Positions 17,764-27,678 of a stretch of 40,604 bases of DNA are shown here, one piece after another (position 1 is the stretch's first letter; every line of letters begins with the position of its first letter). The DNA is from an uncultured archaeon. Lineage in GTDB: Archaea; Thermoplasmatota; Penumbrarchaeia; JASLWR01. A program made the position numbers and the translations under genes. The stretch covers positions 10,135 through 50,738 of the forward strand of contig CAYSHM010000024.1 in the NCBI GenBank assembly GCA_964430885.1. Reading direction: 5' to 3'. Under the pieces are notes generated by a model. It ran no database searches, was not told the origin of the DNA, and saw only the letters and a list, made by a program, of their open reading frames with translations.

Positions 17764-20700
17764 ATGCATAAGGTGATAAGTGGTATTCTAGCAATGATTT
17801 TGGCGGTATTCATTATATCAGTTTCTTTCAATATGATATTTGAACTGGGTGCCGAAAATAAGGAAGCATTTGCTGATAAGGAAATATGTCAGTTACCAAT
17901 GGGTCGCTCTTCTGAGCGTGATCCGACAAGGTCCGCTTTTCTCAAAAATGTTACCCTTGAGTATCCTTACGGAGGCGGCAGTCATACCAATGTATCCATC
18001 CAGGTCCCTTCCAAGGCCTATATCGAGAATGCGAGTATAGAGATCAGAAGCCTCCCCATGACCGAGGAAATGACATGGTTGGATGAAACCGAAACTAATT
18101 TTCAGTTTGGCCAGGCGGTAAATGTCACTATCAGCGAGAATCTCAGCATTTCCCAGCAGATTCAATCAATGACGAATTCCACGAACTGGTCAACGGAAGA
18201 TTTCAACAATACCCAGGTCTTTGATGAAAATGTGGTTCTGTCCATGAGCGAGGAGATGGAATTTTTCGAGGAAAGAAGAGCGGATTTCAGCGGAGCAGCA
18301 TCCAATAGCGATAATGAGGTTGATATCGTTAAGAGCAGCAACGGGACCATTCATCTGGTGTATATCAGTTCAAATGGAGCTGCGGTCTACAGGCGTTCCT
18401 TTGACGACGGACTGCAGTGGAGCCTCCCTCACACCTTGGTTCAGCCCATGATGACCCTGAGTCATGCAAAAATATATACCTCACCTGATGATGAACTGCA
18501 CTTCTTCTCTGAGGAACAGATGGCCGGAGGATCCACACTCATTCATCTGGTTTCCAGGGACAACGGCACAACCTGGAATCCCGGAACCCTGCCGGATTCT
18601 GAAGTTACCGTCAGGGCGGTGAAGATAGTCTGGGATTCTCAGGGGGTCATTCACGGTATCGGAAGAATTTCATTTCCCTTCCCACCTTTCGACGTTTTTC
18701 TGCGCTATTTCAATTCTACAGATGGCGGGAACATCTGGAACGGTCATTATAATATTAATGATTCAGCTGACGCCAAACCCGGTATGTTCGATTATGATAT
18801 CGCACTGGAAAGTGACGGCCGCATACATGTGGTCTGGAGTGATGAGAGGGATTACGGTTTCGAGCACCCCCTGCTGTATACGGCTTATTCAATGAACGGC
18901 GAATTATGGTCAGCCAACAAACAGATATTTGATAATGTTTCTTCTTTGGTGCGTGATCCTAAATTACTTGTTGGTGAAAATGACCGCATCCATGTTGTCT
19001 ACTCTGACAGCAGGACCGGTCAGAACATGATCTACTACACCCGGTCGGATGACCACGGGTCCAATTATCAAAATGATGTTTCAATTACCGGGGCAATTCC
19101 AGGCGGCCAATCCACCCCTGATGCAGCCTTATCCGTAACCGATGCTCTTCATGTTGCATGGGTAATTGACAGCGCTGGCAACAAGGATATCTACTACTGC
19201 AATTCCACGGACCATGTGTCTTTCACCAATCCCATCAGGATAAATAACCGGACGATCGGGAATCAGATCGATCCCTCAATTACTCTTTCCAGGTCCGGAA
19301 TGCCTTTCATAGCCTGGAATGATGAGAGTTTTGTTCCCAACAGGGTCTATCTTTCCGGAAAGGGAACCTCCTATGAGGATGAAGGTGATGTTTCAGGGGT
19401 GTTCCATCTGCCAGTTCTGCCGATCAGCATAGGGCCCATCGACGCCTCAGCACAGGTACCTGCGGAGACGAATATCGAATATTATCTATCTTCATCTGAG
19501 GATAACAGCAATTGGTCGCCATGGCAGCTCACCGAGAACGGACAATCACCTAATAATTTCACTCCCCAGAGATATGTCAGATGGAAAGCCGTGCTCACAA
19601 CCTCTTCCAGTTATACTTCACCTTATCTGGGGGAGTTCAGAGTTCACTACAGCGCTTATCTGCCCCAGGGGCAATATATTTCATCCATAAAGCAGGGTCT
19701 GCCAGGGAGGTCCGATTATATCCTTGATTGGACCTTGAAGGAACATGGCTCACCCGGAGTCACAGCATATCTTTGGGATGAGGATGTTCAGGGCTGGATG
19801 GAGATAGGGAAGGGTCAAACAATGAACCTGGACCCTGTTAACATGAGCTATATGTTCGAACTGGAGGGAACAACCAGCTATTCACCGATCATTGAGAATG
19901 TTACGCTCCATCAATCCGCATTACGGCTTCCCTCAAATGTTTCCATAGATTTCGGTCTGGACGGTGTCACGGAATGGAACGGAAGACCAGATCCACTTGA
20001 TCAAACAGCGGTTTACTTTACTTCAGTGTTAAGGGAAGCGGTCAATAGTTTTCAGGGTGTAGGTGACCTTATATACAGAATGGATATCGCCTCCGAGACC
20101 GCCGGTAAGATAAGAATAGATGAAGTGAATATTACCCTGGATAGGTTCCCGGTCCTTATGGATACATTTCCCCCTGGGAACGATGTCGATGTCGGTGTGA
20201 ACGAGACCATAGATTTCAGTGTGAATGTAACGGATGCGGATGATCCAGTGCTTCAATACACCTGGACAATGGACGGTGAAGTTGTCTCTAGTCATCCCTA
20301 TTTCAATTTCACTCCCGGGGAATCGCTTCTTGGGAACCATACGGTCGTGGTGACCATATTCGACGGACATACCGAGCTGAACTATACATGGTCCGTTGAT
20401 GTGGAAATGGGGAATCGCGCCCCTTTTATAAAGAGCAGAACTCCCCTTATTGATCAGCAGATAGAGTTGGGGGATGAGATGCTCTTCGGGGTCAATACCA
20501 TTGATCCCGACGGCGACAATTTAATATTCGGATGGAAACTGAACGATGACCAGGTGGGAAAGAACAGGAATAATTTCACCCTTGATACCTCTCAGCTGAC
20601 AGGTGTCGGGAACTATAATCTTTCATTGGAGATTTTCGACGGCACCCTGAAATCCCATACCTACTGGAATATCCTTGTTTTCTCATATTCCTTCAGCTTG

Positions 20701-22152
20701 GACCTCAATAAGAGCAAACTCACACTGGCTCCCGGTGATAAAAACACGATCAATCTTACCCTTGCCAATAAGGGACTTACCGAAGTTGCTGTAAAACTCA
20801 TATATCACTCTGCGGGACTTCATAAAGCTTCCGACGGAAATACCCTCTCATTTATATTTGGATCCAAGAACGGCACCTACAGGAATTTTGATATCATGGT
20901 GGATCAGGGCCTCGCTGACGGGACCTATAAACCGTATTTCAATATTATACTGGAAAAGGACGGCCGATTGCTGTCCAACGAGAGTATCCGGATCACTGTG
21001 AGAGCCCGGGCTGTGCAGCCTTCTGATGATGATACGAAAGATAAGGACTCATCGGATGCTGCTGGTCCTAACTGGGCGGTGATCATCATCGTTCTGATAC
21101 TTGTCATTATAGTGGTGGGGATCCTGATATTTCTGCTAGTGGTAAAAAGAAAGAAAGGTGAACAGGATTCCGAAGAGGATCCGGTAGGAGGTGAGGGACC
21201 TGACACTCTGGAGGATAGTGTAGATATTGAAGGGGATGTAGTTGTAGAAGATATGCCCCCTGCCCCGCCAGCGTCCTATGAGGAATACGATGTGAGCCAA
21301 GGAGAACAAGAGGTTGAGAGCTTCTATGCGGATGATTACGCCTATCAGATGGGATATGAAGAGGATGCACCTCTCCCGCCTGAACCTCCCTCGGGTCTTT
21401 TCCTACCCCGGGATGAAGGAGACCTAGCTGGTCCCAAAGAGTCGGTGGAGTCAGCAATTACAATATCGGTAGCAGAAGAAGAAGGGTCATGCAGTGTATG
21501 TTTCGGTAAGATAAAGGAAGGATTGACCCAGGCGAGCTGTCCATGCGGGAAGATGCTGCATCTTGAATGTCTTAAAAGGGTAGGCGAATGCCCGGGCTGC
21601 GGTGAGAAAATGCCCCCTGAGAAACAGAAATTGCCCGTCGGTCCCAAAACAGCGGGGAATGTTCAGCTTCCGGTGATACCCGCTGATGAAAAGGGTACAA
21701 TGAGCCTGCCAGAACCGCCTATGACCGGATTGGAGGGGAATTCGGGTATGGGTGGTGAAGGAGACTCCCCTTCCAAGGACAATCTTCCGGTGAAGATGGC
21801 GGCTGCTTCCTCTTTCACCTGCAAAATATGTTTCGGAGTTGTCAAATCCGGCTTACCCATTGTTAAATGCAAATGCGGGAAAAGATATCATTTCACCTGT
21901 GCTGAAAGGGTAGGGGAATGTCCGAGCTGTGAATTTGATTACTCCTCGTGGGACCCTAATGAAATGGACCCTGATGATGGATTGAAAATAGATATTGGAG
22001 AGGATAAACCCCCTAATGCAGAGGCCAAGATAGAAATCGCAGACCGGGAAAAATCATCTCCCCCTCCTGAGAAAAAACAATCACAATCTCCGCCTGCTGA
22101 AAAATCAGCAAAAGAGGATTCAGGGGATGTTTTTAATATATCCTTGGATTGA
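17764..22152 (+). CDS. Large single-pass receptor-like protein: Asp-box (BNR/sialidase-like) beta-propeller, Ig-like stalk, TM, acidic/Pro-rich tail with two C4HC3 (RING-CH/PHD-like) fingers
   Basis: ATG 17764 follows GGTGAT SD-like (ORF-track GTG 17755); Asp boxes RSFDDGLQWS, SRDNGTTWN, STDGGNIWN, RSDDHGSNY; DPDGDNL Ig/cadherin-like motifs; TM WAVIIIVLILVIIVVGILIFLLVV; fingers at 21490-21600 and 21820-21930. Confidence 0.9.
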   Translation: MHKVISGILAMILAVFIISVSFNMIFELGAENKEAFADKEICQLPMGRSSERDPTRSAFLKNVTLEYPYGGGSHTNVSIQVPSKAYIENASIEIRSLPMTEEMTWLDETETNFQFGQAVNVTISENLSISQQIQSMTNSTNWSTEDFNNTQVFDENVVLSMSEEMEFFEERRADFSGAASNSDNEVDIVKSSNGTIHLVYISSNGAAVYRRSFDDGLQWSLPHTLVQPMMTLSHAKIYTSPDDELHFFSEEQMAGGSTLIHLVSRDNGTTWNPGTLPDSEVTVRAVKIVWDSQGVIHGIGRISFPFPPFDVFLRYFNSTDGGNIWNGHYNINDSADAKPGMFDYDIALESDGRIHVVWSDERDYGFEHPLLYTAYSMNGELWSANKQIFDNVSSLVRDPKLLVGENDRIHVVYSDSRTGQNMIYYTRSDDHGSNYQNDVSITGAIPGGQSTPDAALSVTDALHVAWVIDSAGNKDIYYCNSTDHVSFTNPIRINNRTIGNQIDPSITLSRSGMPFIAWNDESFVPNRVYLSGKGTSYEDEGDVSGVFHLPVLPISIGPIDASAQVPAETNIEYYLSSSEDNSNWSPWQLTENGQSPNNFTPQRYVRWKAVLTTSSSYTSPYLGEFRVHYSAYLPQGQYISSIKQGLPGRSDYILDWTLKEHGSPGVTAYLWDEDVQGWMEIGKGQTMNLDPVNMSYMFELEGTTSYSPIIENVTLHQSALRLPSNVSIDFGLDGVTEWNGRPDPLDQTAVYFTSVLREAVNSFQGVGDLIYRMDIASETAGKIRIDEVNITLDRFPVLMDTFPPGNDVDVGVNETIDFSVNVTDADDPVLQYTWTMDGEVVSSHPYFNFTPGESLLGNHTVVVTIFDGHTELNYTWSVDVEMGNRAPFIKSRTPLIDQQIELGDEMLFGVNTIDPDGDNLIFGWKLNDDQVGKNRNNFTLDTSQLTGVGNYNLSLEIFDGTLKSHTYWNILVFSYSFSLDLNKSKLTLAPGDKNTINLTLANKGLTEVAVKLIYHSAGLHKASDGNTLSFIFGSKNGTYRNFDIMVDQGLADGTYKPYFNIILEKDGRLLSNESIRITVRARAVQPSDDDTKDKDSSDAAGPNWAVIIIVLILVIIVVGILIFLLVVKRKKGEQDSEEDPVGGEGPDTLEDSVDIEGDVVVEDMPPAPPASYEEYDVSQGEQEVESFYADDYAYQMGYEEDAPLPPEPPSGLFLPRDEGDLAGPKESVESAITISVAEEEGSCSVCFGKIKEGLTQASCPCGKMLHLECLKRVGECPGCGEKMPPEKQKLPVGPKTAGNVQLPVIPADEKGTMSLPEPPMTGLEGNSGMGGEGDSPSKDNLPVKMAAASSFTCKICFGVVKSGLPIVKCKCGKRYHFTCAERVGECPSCEFDYSSWDPNEMDPDDGLKIDIGEDKPPNAEAKIEIADREKSSPPPEKKQSQSPPAEKSAKEDSGDVFNISLD

Positions 22153-22258
22153 GCATGTCCATGGGATGAGGTTTTCTGTTCCAACTTCTAACAGTTCTTG
22201 GATCTGCCTAAGGACAATCATATGAGCCGTTTGTCTTATTCAGCTTCTATTTTGGTAA

Positions 22259-24982
22259 TCATTTCTTTCGAACCTTGTGCCCTGTTACCGTGGTGTCGGG
22301 TATATCCTTGACATCGGGATTCCTTCTTCTATGGATCACAGTGCCGATTTCGCTCTTTTTGATCCTGTCCTTCTTGCTCCCCGATCGGGTCCCCTTTTCA
22401 GGCTTTCCTCTATTCTCCCATTTTGCCCAATAAACAAGTGCTACAGGAAGAATGAACATGGCCGCGGTATAGCTGAATACCAAGGAAAGAGCGCAGAGGA
22501 TACCGTACTGGGCCATTATTGGAATGGGAATTAATACAAGAACGCAGAAACCTGCTACGGTTGTCATTGATGAAACGGATAGTGGTCTCCATAGATTGCC
22601 TATGGTTTCCTGAATTCCCTTCTTCATTCCGTAGCTCTTCAGCTCACGTTTGAATCTCTCACTGACATGGACCGCATAGTCAATACCCATCCCAATGCCC
22701 AAAGATGTAACGGTCACCGTCAGGACATTGATATCCATTCCCAGCGCGAACATTGCACCCAATATCCATATTAGGGACATAATTACTGGTATCAGGGTGA
22801 TGATTCCCAATCCTATTCGTCTGTATACAAAGATAAGGATAAGTGCGATCACAGCTATGCAGATAAGCGTACCCTTGACCTGTCCCTCCTGCAGGGAGAG
22901 CAGTGTGGCCACGTTAAGGATCATTCCACCAGTTACAGAATAATCGTCGTCAGCTCCTATGGGGATATCGTCCTTCAGCTCCTCATAGAGCGATATACAT
23001 TCCTTGGAGCTCCTGGCGTTCACGAAGATCTTTATAATGGTTGCATCGTACTCCCCGTTCTCATTGCGGTGCAGGATCGTAGCAGCGTGCTCCGAGAGGG
23101 ATGTATCGGTTATGGGGTCGGTGAGGGTCTCATTGGTGAATAGAAAGTCATAATACTCTTTGATATCCTGATCGGTACAGTTTGGTTTGAGGCTCCCATC
23201 TGTGTTGATATTTGCATCCTTGAGAACCTGGGGGTCGATCCCATAAACCAGGGCTGCCAACTGGGGAACGCTTTCCGTTAAAAGAAGTTCGGAATCACCA
23301 GTCTGTCCACCTTCAGACGAGGAGTTGGGTATGGTTGTCTTGACAACATTTTTATCGTCCTTCATATTCTCAAGTGTAAGGTAAATATTCTCATAGGATT
23401 CCCTGGTGGCAAGATCGTCCCCCTCTATTAAAATGAACGAAAGGGTATAGCTGCCAGCCTCAAAATCCCTGAATATGTCCCCTTCTGTTTGAATGCTCTC
23501 CCATTCAGGAGGTAGAAAGTCCTTTATGTCAAATTTGCTCTCAAGGTTGATGGCTCCAACTGCCGAAGCCGAGGTGATGATGATCGCAGCGATGACCACG
23601 AGAATGGGAAATCTGTAGGGGATCTTGGAAATGAAAGGGTAGCTTTTTTTCCCTTTTCTTGTTTTCGCAGAAGATTTTTCCTTTTCAATCTTCTTCAGCT
23701 TATTGGGAAGAAGGGGCTGATTGTTCTTTCGGTCTATGAGCAGCCGCGTGGGGAAATATATGAATAGCGTAAGTATGAAGGCATATGCAGTTCCGATAGC
23801 ACAGGATATTCCGAACACTTTGACAGCTCCTACATCTGAAACCACATTTGTGAAGAATCCTATTGCAGTACTGATGGCGCATATGGTTATTGCTCCACCC
23901 ACATGTTTAAGAGATATCCGGAGAGAGTTGCTTACGTCCTTCCCCTTGGCTAATTCCTCCTGGTACCTTTCGGAAACATGCACGGGATAATCAACACCCA
24001 GACCAAAAATCAGCGGTATCACACCAGCCATCATGGCGCTGAACTTCAGTCCCAATATATAGGCGGTGCTGTAGGTCCAAACCGTAGCAAGCAGCAGTAT
24101 TACCAGGGGTAGGATAACATAGCTGATCCTTCTGAAACTGATGAACAGCATGGTACCTATCACTAGGAGAATGGCCGCCACAATTACCCCCATAGATTCC
24201 CTTGTTGCCACATCTACCTCAGTGGATATCTGGTACTCTCCAGTATGCGACATTTTTATATTCACGAGATCAGATTCCATATCCTCTGCTGTGGAATATA
24301 TCTCTCTGGTCAGGTCCTTAAGTTCCTCGTTTTCAAGGCTTCCATTCATATTTATGATGATGAGAGTGGAGTGAGCATGTGGATCTTCAAGGGAGAAGTC
24401 CTCGGAGAATATCAATCCGATAAGACCCTTTACCTTGTCAATGCTGTTGTTGGTGAACATGGTGATGCCCAGGTCCATGGAGTTCAGGAGCTCGGTATAC
24501 TTCCCGTTCAGCACATCGAAAAGGAGGTCCAGACGCGCCTGTATCTGATCGTAGTCCGCAGTATCAAGACCCTGTGTTTCGTCGTATTCAGCCCCTCCCC
24601 CAACGAGGTCCACTTCGTACTTACATAGGATATTTACAACATCAGCTGCGCTGAGAGTTTGATCCACTCCCTCGATTTTGCTAATTTCCTGTATGACCCG
24701 GTACTGTTCTTTGAGTGAAGAAGGGGTGAGGACGTTCTCGGAGGGATTGGTAGCCTTTACTAGAATGAAATGGATGCGCGGGGTTTCACCAAAATTATCG
24801 ATCACACGCTGATTGGCCTTGCTCATCTCGTTGTTTGGAACAAATCCTCTGATGTCGGTCTTGAAACTTAGACTGGGAACGAAGGAGAGAAAGAAAACTG
24901 ATAGAAGTGCCATGATAACTAGGATGATCTTGGCCCTTTTTTCGATCAATCTCCAGAGCTTGTCAAAGAGGTCGTCCTTCAT
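22259..24982 (-). CDS. MMPL/RND-superfamily transporter (archaeal HAE3-like)
   Basis: Two repeats of TM + large loop + 5 TM; signatures GLGVDYPVHVSERYQEE and GMGIDYAVHVSERFKRE; AGGAG SD-like. Confidence 0.92.
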   Translation of the reverse strand: MKDDLFDKLWRLIEKRAKIILVIMALLSVFFLSFVPSLSFKTDIRGFVPNNEMSKANQRVIDNFGETPRIHFILVKATNPSENVLTPSSLKEQYRVIQEISKIEGVDQTLSAADVVNILCKYEVDLVGGGAEYDETQGLDTADYDQIQARLDLLFDVLNGKYTELLNSMDLGITMFTNNSIDKVKGLIGLIFSEDFSLEDPHAHSTLIIINMNGSLENEELKDLTREIYSTAEDMESDLVNIKMSHTGEYQISTEVDVATRESMGVIVAAILLVIGTMLFISFRRISYVILPLVILLLATVWTYSTAYILGLKFSAMMAGVIPLIFGLGVDYPVHVSERYQEELAKGKDVSNSLRISLKHVGGAITICAISTAIGFFTNVVSDVGAVKVFGISCAIGTAYAFILTLFIYFPTRLLIDRKNNQPLLPNKLKKIEKEKSSAKTRKGKKSYPFISKIPYRFPILVVIAAIIITSASAVGAINLESKFDIKDFLPPEWESIQTEGDIFRDFEAGSYTLSFILIEGDDLATRESYENIYLTLENMKDDKNVVKTTIPNSSSEGGQTGDSELLLTESVPQLAALVYGIDPQVLKDANINTDGSLKPNCTDQDIKEYYDFLFTNETLTDPITDTSLSEHAATILHRNENGEYDATIIKIFVNARSSKECISLYEELKDDIPIGADDDYSVTGGMILNVATLLSLQEGQVKGTLICIAVIALILIFVYRRIGLGIITLIPVIMSLIWILGAMFALGMDINVLTVTVTSLGIGMGIDYAVHVSERFKRELKSYGMKKGIQETIGNLWRPLSVSSMTTVAGFCVLVLIPIPIMAQYGILCALSLVFSYTAAMFILPVALVYWAKWENRGKPEKGTRSGSKKDRIKKSEIGTVIHRRRNPDVKDIPDTTVTGHKVRKK

Positions 24983-25113
24983 GTGGTTGTCAACTCCTGG
25001 TAAATATTCTTCAGTATATGGTATTGGAAATAAAATTAAGATGTTGAGTTATGTTATATTGGGCCGTATATATTGAGTTCATTTATTTTTCAGATGAGGA
25101 TCTTACAGTTGGA

Positions 25114-27288
25114 TCAATCCACCGCTTTGAACACGCTCTCTTCCTCTCCCTCTTCAGATTCCGCAGTTTCGACATCCTCTTCTTCTCCATCTGCAACCAC
25201 CACTTCAACAACCTCCGCCTCCTCCTCTTCAGTGGTTTCCAAAACCTCCTCGTTGGAGCTCCTTTTTTTCATTACGATTATGACAATTACAAGTACGATC
25301 ACAGCACTCACGATAATTATGAAAGTGGTTGTACTCAGTCCAAGTATGCTCTCACCCGAACTGGAAACCTGTTTTTCATATACATTCAGATATAGACCGT
25401 CATTTGTAAAGGATAACTCACTGTCATAGATCTCAGTGGATGCCTCATCAGAGTATGCTTTGAACATGAATTCATATGTACCCTTTGTTTCGGGGGCCCA
25501 TATAAGCTCTACTGTTTCTGTTTCCCCGCCCTTGATCCTCAGAGTGTTCGTATCGAACTCTGCGAAACTGTCCTCGCTCTCATCGGCCAATTTGACATAA
25601 CCCACAACATAGGCATCATTGGCCGTACCAGTTCCTGTATTTTCAACCTCTAAGGTTATGGTAGCCTCCTGTTTAAGGTAGGTTTTGGTGTCTCCGGTGG
25701 AAAGCTCATCACCGTCTGGATTGGTCATAGTAAGAGTGTCCTTTATTGTCAGAAATGTATCCTTGATGGAATAATCCGACAGAACCAGAACACCTATGAG
25801 ATTGTCATCGATATCGAATGTCTCTATACGGACCGGATATCCGAGCTCCGGGGAGTAATATTCAACCTTGTAAAATGTAGCTTCCTGGTACTGTGTTCGT
25901 ACGGCAAAGGTCTCGAAACTTCCGCCCGGGACACTGGTGTCCTCTGAGAAAATGCATCTGTTCTTGATGTTGAGGCTCTCGGTACTCGATGCACCGTCAA
26001 TATCGATATCAGCAGTTGTTGTGTCCGACCATTCACCGGTGACCTCCAGGGGGAACTGGTATTTAACCTTGGGAGGATCATAAATGGTTGTCTTTTGCTG
26101 TGTTTCCTCCTGGGTAAGATCGCTGGATAGGGTAACCTCAGTAAATTCTTTTACCACATCTGAATTGGATTGATCCAAATACTGCTTGCCTGAGGTTTCG
26201 AAATCGAACTCGATATTGCCTACATAAAGGCTCCCTATCTGTTCACTGCTGAGTTCCCAGCAGTCCTTTCCTTCAACCTGCTGGTCCTTTTTGGTCAATT
26301 TTATCTCCATGGTGGATTGTGTAGAGATGTCAATACTGATTATCTCGGGCTCATCATTTCCGCTCTGGCTGATCTCAAAGTTGTAGCTGTCGCCTATGGA
26401 GAAATCCGGTTTGGTATCTGTGGTTGCCGGTTCCAAAGCTGAATTGGTATCAACGTTGATATCGATGCTGTCATCGAACTCAAGCCCGGTTGTATCCGTT
26501 GCCTTGACATTGATAGTATGATCTCCGTCTCCCAATGCAGTTGTATCAACATCATAGCTCCAGGAATCAGCAGACCTTCTGGTATCGACTTCCTCCCATC
26601 CTCCTGATGATTTGGAGTCTATCTGGATCTCCACCTTCTCCATTGTAAGGGTGGTTTCCCTGGTCTCACCCCTTATTGTAACCGCTCCGAACACCGTCTG
26701 CCGGTCCCAAGGGTCGGTTATCTTCACCAGTTTGTTAGGGGCTATGTCGCCGTAGTTCTTGGTATCTGTCCGTTTGACTGTGAGGGCGTGCCATTTAAAT
26801 GCGGACGTGGGATTCCCAATCTGGTTAGCTCCTATGGAGAAGGTGATGGTATCGGTCCCAATTCCGTCATAGGTTGGAACCACTGCATTGCCGGTTTTCA
26901 TGTTGAATCCCACCGCAGCTTTTTCCTTGTAACCCAGGAAATAATCCGTATTTCCCACTGAGAGATATGCCCCGTAGATGTACTCGTTTCCATCATTGAT
27001 TATACCGTCAACGGTGATGGCCATATGGATGGTTGTGGTCTGCCCGACCAATCCTCCTGTTTCAGAACGGAGGTCCATTTCGACAATATCAAGATCCTTC
27101 CATTGCGAACCATGCACATACTGACCTTCTTGGGCCGCGATCTGTGTATCGTCAATGGGATCATAATAATGCTTTTCAAAATTGATTGTCTGTGCATCTG
27201 CTCCCTGATATCCCATGAAGGGAACCAGAAGAGCCATTAATAATATTGATAGGATAGAAAAACTGATACTTTCCTTGACATGGAACAT
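25114..27288 (-). CDS. Membrane-anchored surface protein: Ig-like (Big) domain, extended beta-sheet (DUF3108-like) domain, CARDB-like domain, C-terminal TM and Glu-rich tail
   Basis: Signal peptide; WSYDVDTTALGDGDHTINVKATD; TSVPGGSFETF..YYSPELGYPVR; VENTGTGTA..GGETETVELIW; TM FIIIVSAVIVLVIVIIVM; ATG 27288 follows GGTGA (ORF-track 27327). Confidence 0.85.
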   Translation of the reverse strand: MFHVKESISFSILSILLMALLVPFMGYQGADAQTINFEKHYYDPIDDTQIAAQEGQYVHGSQWKDLDIVEMDLRSETGGLVGQTTTIHMAITVDGIINDGNEYIYGAYLSVGNTDYFLGYKEKAAVGFNMKTGNAVVPTYDGIGTDTITFSIGANQIGNPTSAFKWHALTVKRTDTKNYGDIAPNKLVKITDPWDRQTVFGAVTIRGETRETTLTMEKVEIQIDSKSSGGWEEVDTRRSADSWSYDVDTTALGDGDHTINVKATDTTGLEFDDSIDINVDTNSALEPATTDTKPDFSIGDSYNFEISQSGNDEPEIISIDISTQSTMEIKLTKKDQQVEGKDCWELSSEQIGSLYVGNIEFDFETSGKQYLDQSNSDVVKEFTEVTLSSDLTQEETQQKTTIYDPPKVKYQFPLEVTGEWSDTTTADIDIDGASSTESLNIKNRCIFSEDTSVPGGSFETFAVRTQYQEATFYKVEYYSPELGYPVRIETFDIDDNLIGVLVLSDYSIKDTFLTIKDTLTMTNPDGDELSTGDTKTYLKQEATITLEVENTGTGTANDAYVVGYVKLADESEDSFAEFDTNTLRIKGGETETVELIWAPETKGTYEFMFKAYSDEASTEIYDSELSFTNDGLYLNVYEKQVSSSGESILGLSTTTFIIIVSAVIVLVIVIIVMKKRSSNEEVLETTEEEEAEVVEVVVADGEEEDVETAESEEGEEESVFKAVD

Positions 27289-27361
27289 ATTCACCACTCC
27301 ATTTTCATTTATATTTCCTTGATACATTTTCTGTTGCTAAACTTGGATTTTATATATAAGT

Positions 27362-27607
27362 TCAATCCTCGCTCTCAGCCAGGATCTTTAATAGATTGCC
27401 TCCTATTTGACCAATAAGCTTGCTGAGAACCTGTGATTTCACCATGATAATCCCCCAGACACCCATCTGTTTTCCTCCGAGAATGAGCAGTTTATCTCCT
27501 GACCCAATGTGAAATTCCTCCCTCATCTGCTTGGGGAGCACCAGCTGCCCCCTTTCTCCAACTGTTGAACTTCCGTAGAATCTCAATATATTTTCCTCAT
27601 CTTCCAT
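27362..27607 (-). CDS. AbrB/MazE/SpoVT-family DNA-binding protein
   Basis: FYGSSTVGERGQLVLPKQMREEFHIGSGDKLL swapped-hairpin motif; GGAGG SD. Confidence 0.92.
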   Translation of the reverse strand: MEDEENILRFYGSSTVGERGQLVLPKQMREEFHIGSGDKLLILGGKQMGVWGIIMVKSQVLSKLIGQIGGNLLKILAESED

Positions 27608-27678
27608 TGGCGATTTCCCTCCTGTACTGATTTAATTAATAGATAAGTATCAGGGAATATAAACATTTTTCCGCAAAA

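Noticed and set aside
1515-22152. Diversity-generating retroelement or inversion system driving receptor variation
   Set aside because: No reverse transcriptase, recombinase or near-identical template/variable repeat pair noticed; repeats are diverged at the DNA level
27362-27607. Toxin-antitoxin module
   Set aside because: No PIN/MazF-type toxin adjacent; the next gene is a secreted surface protein
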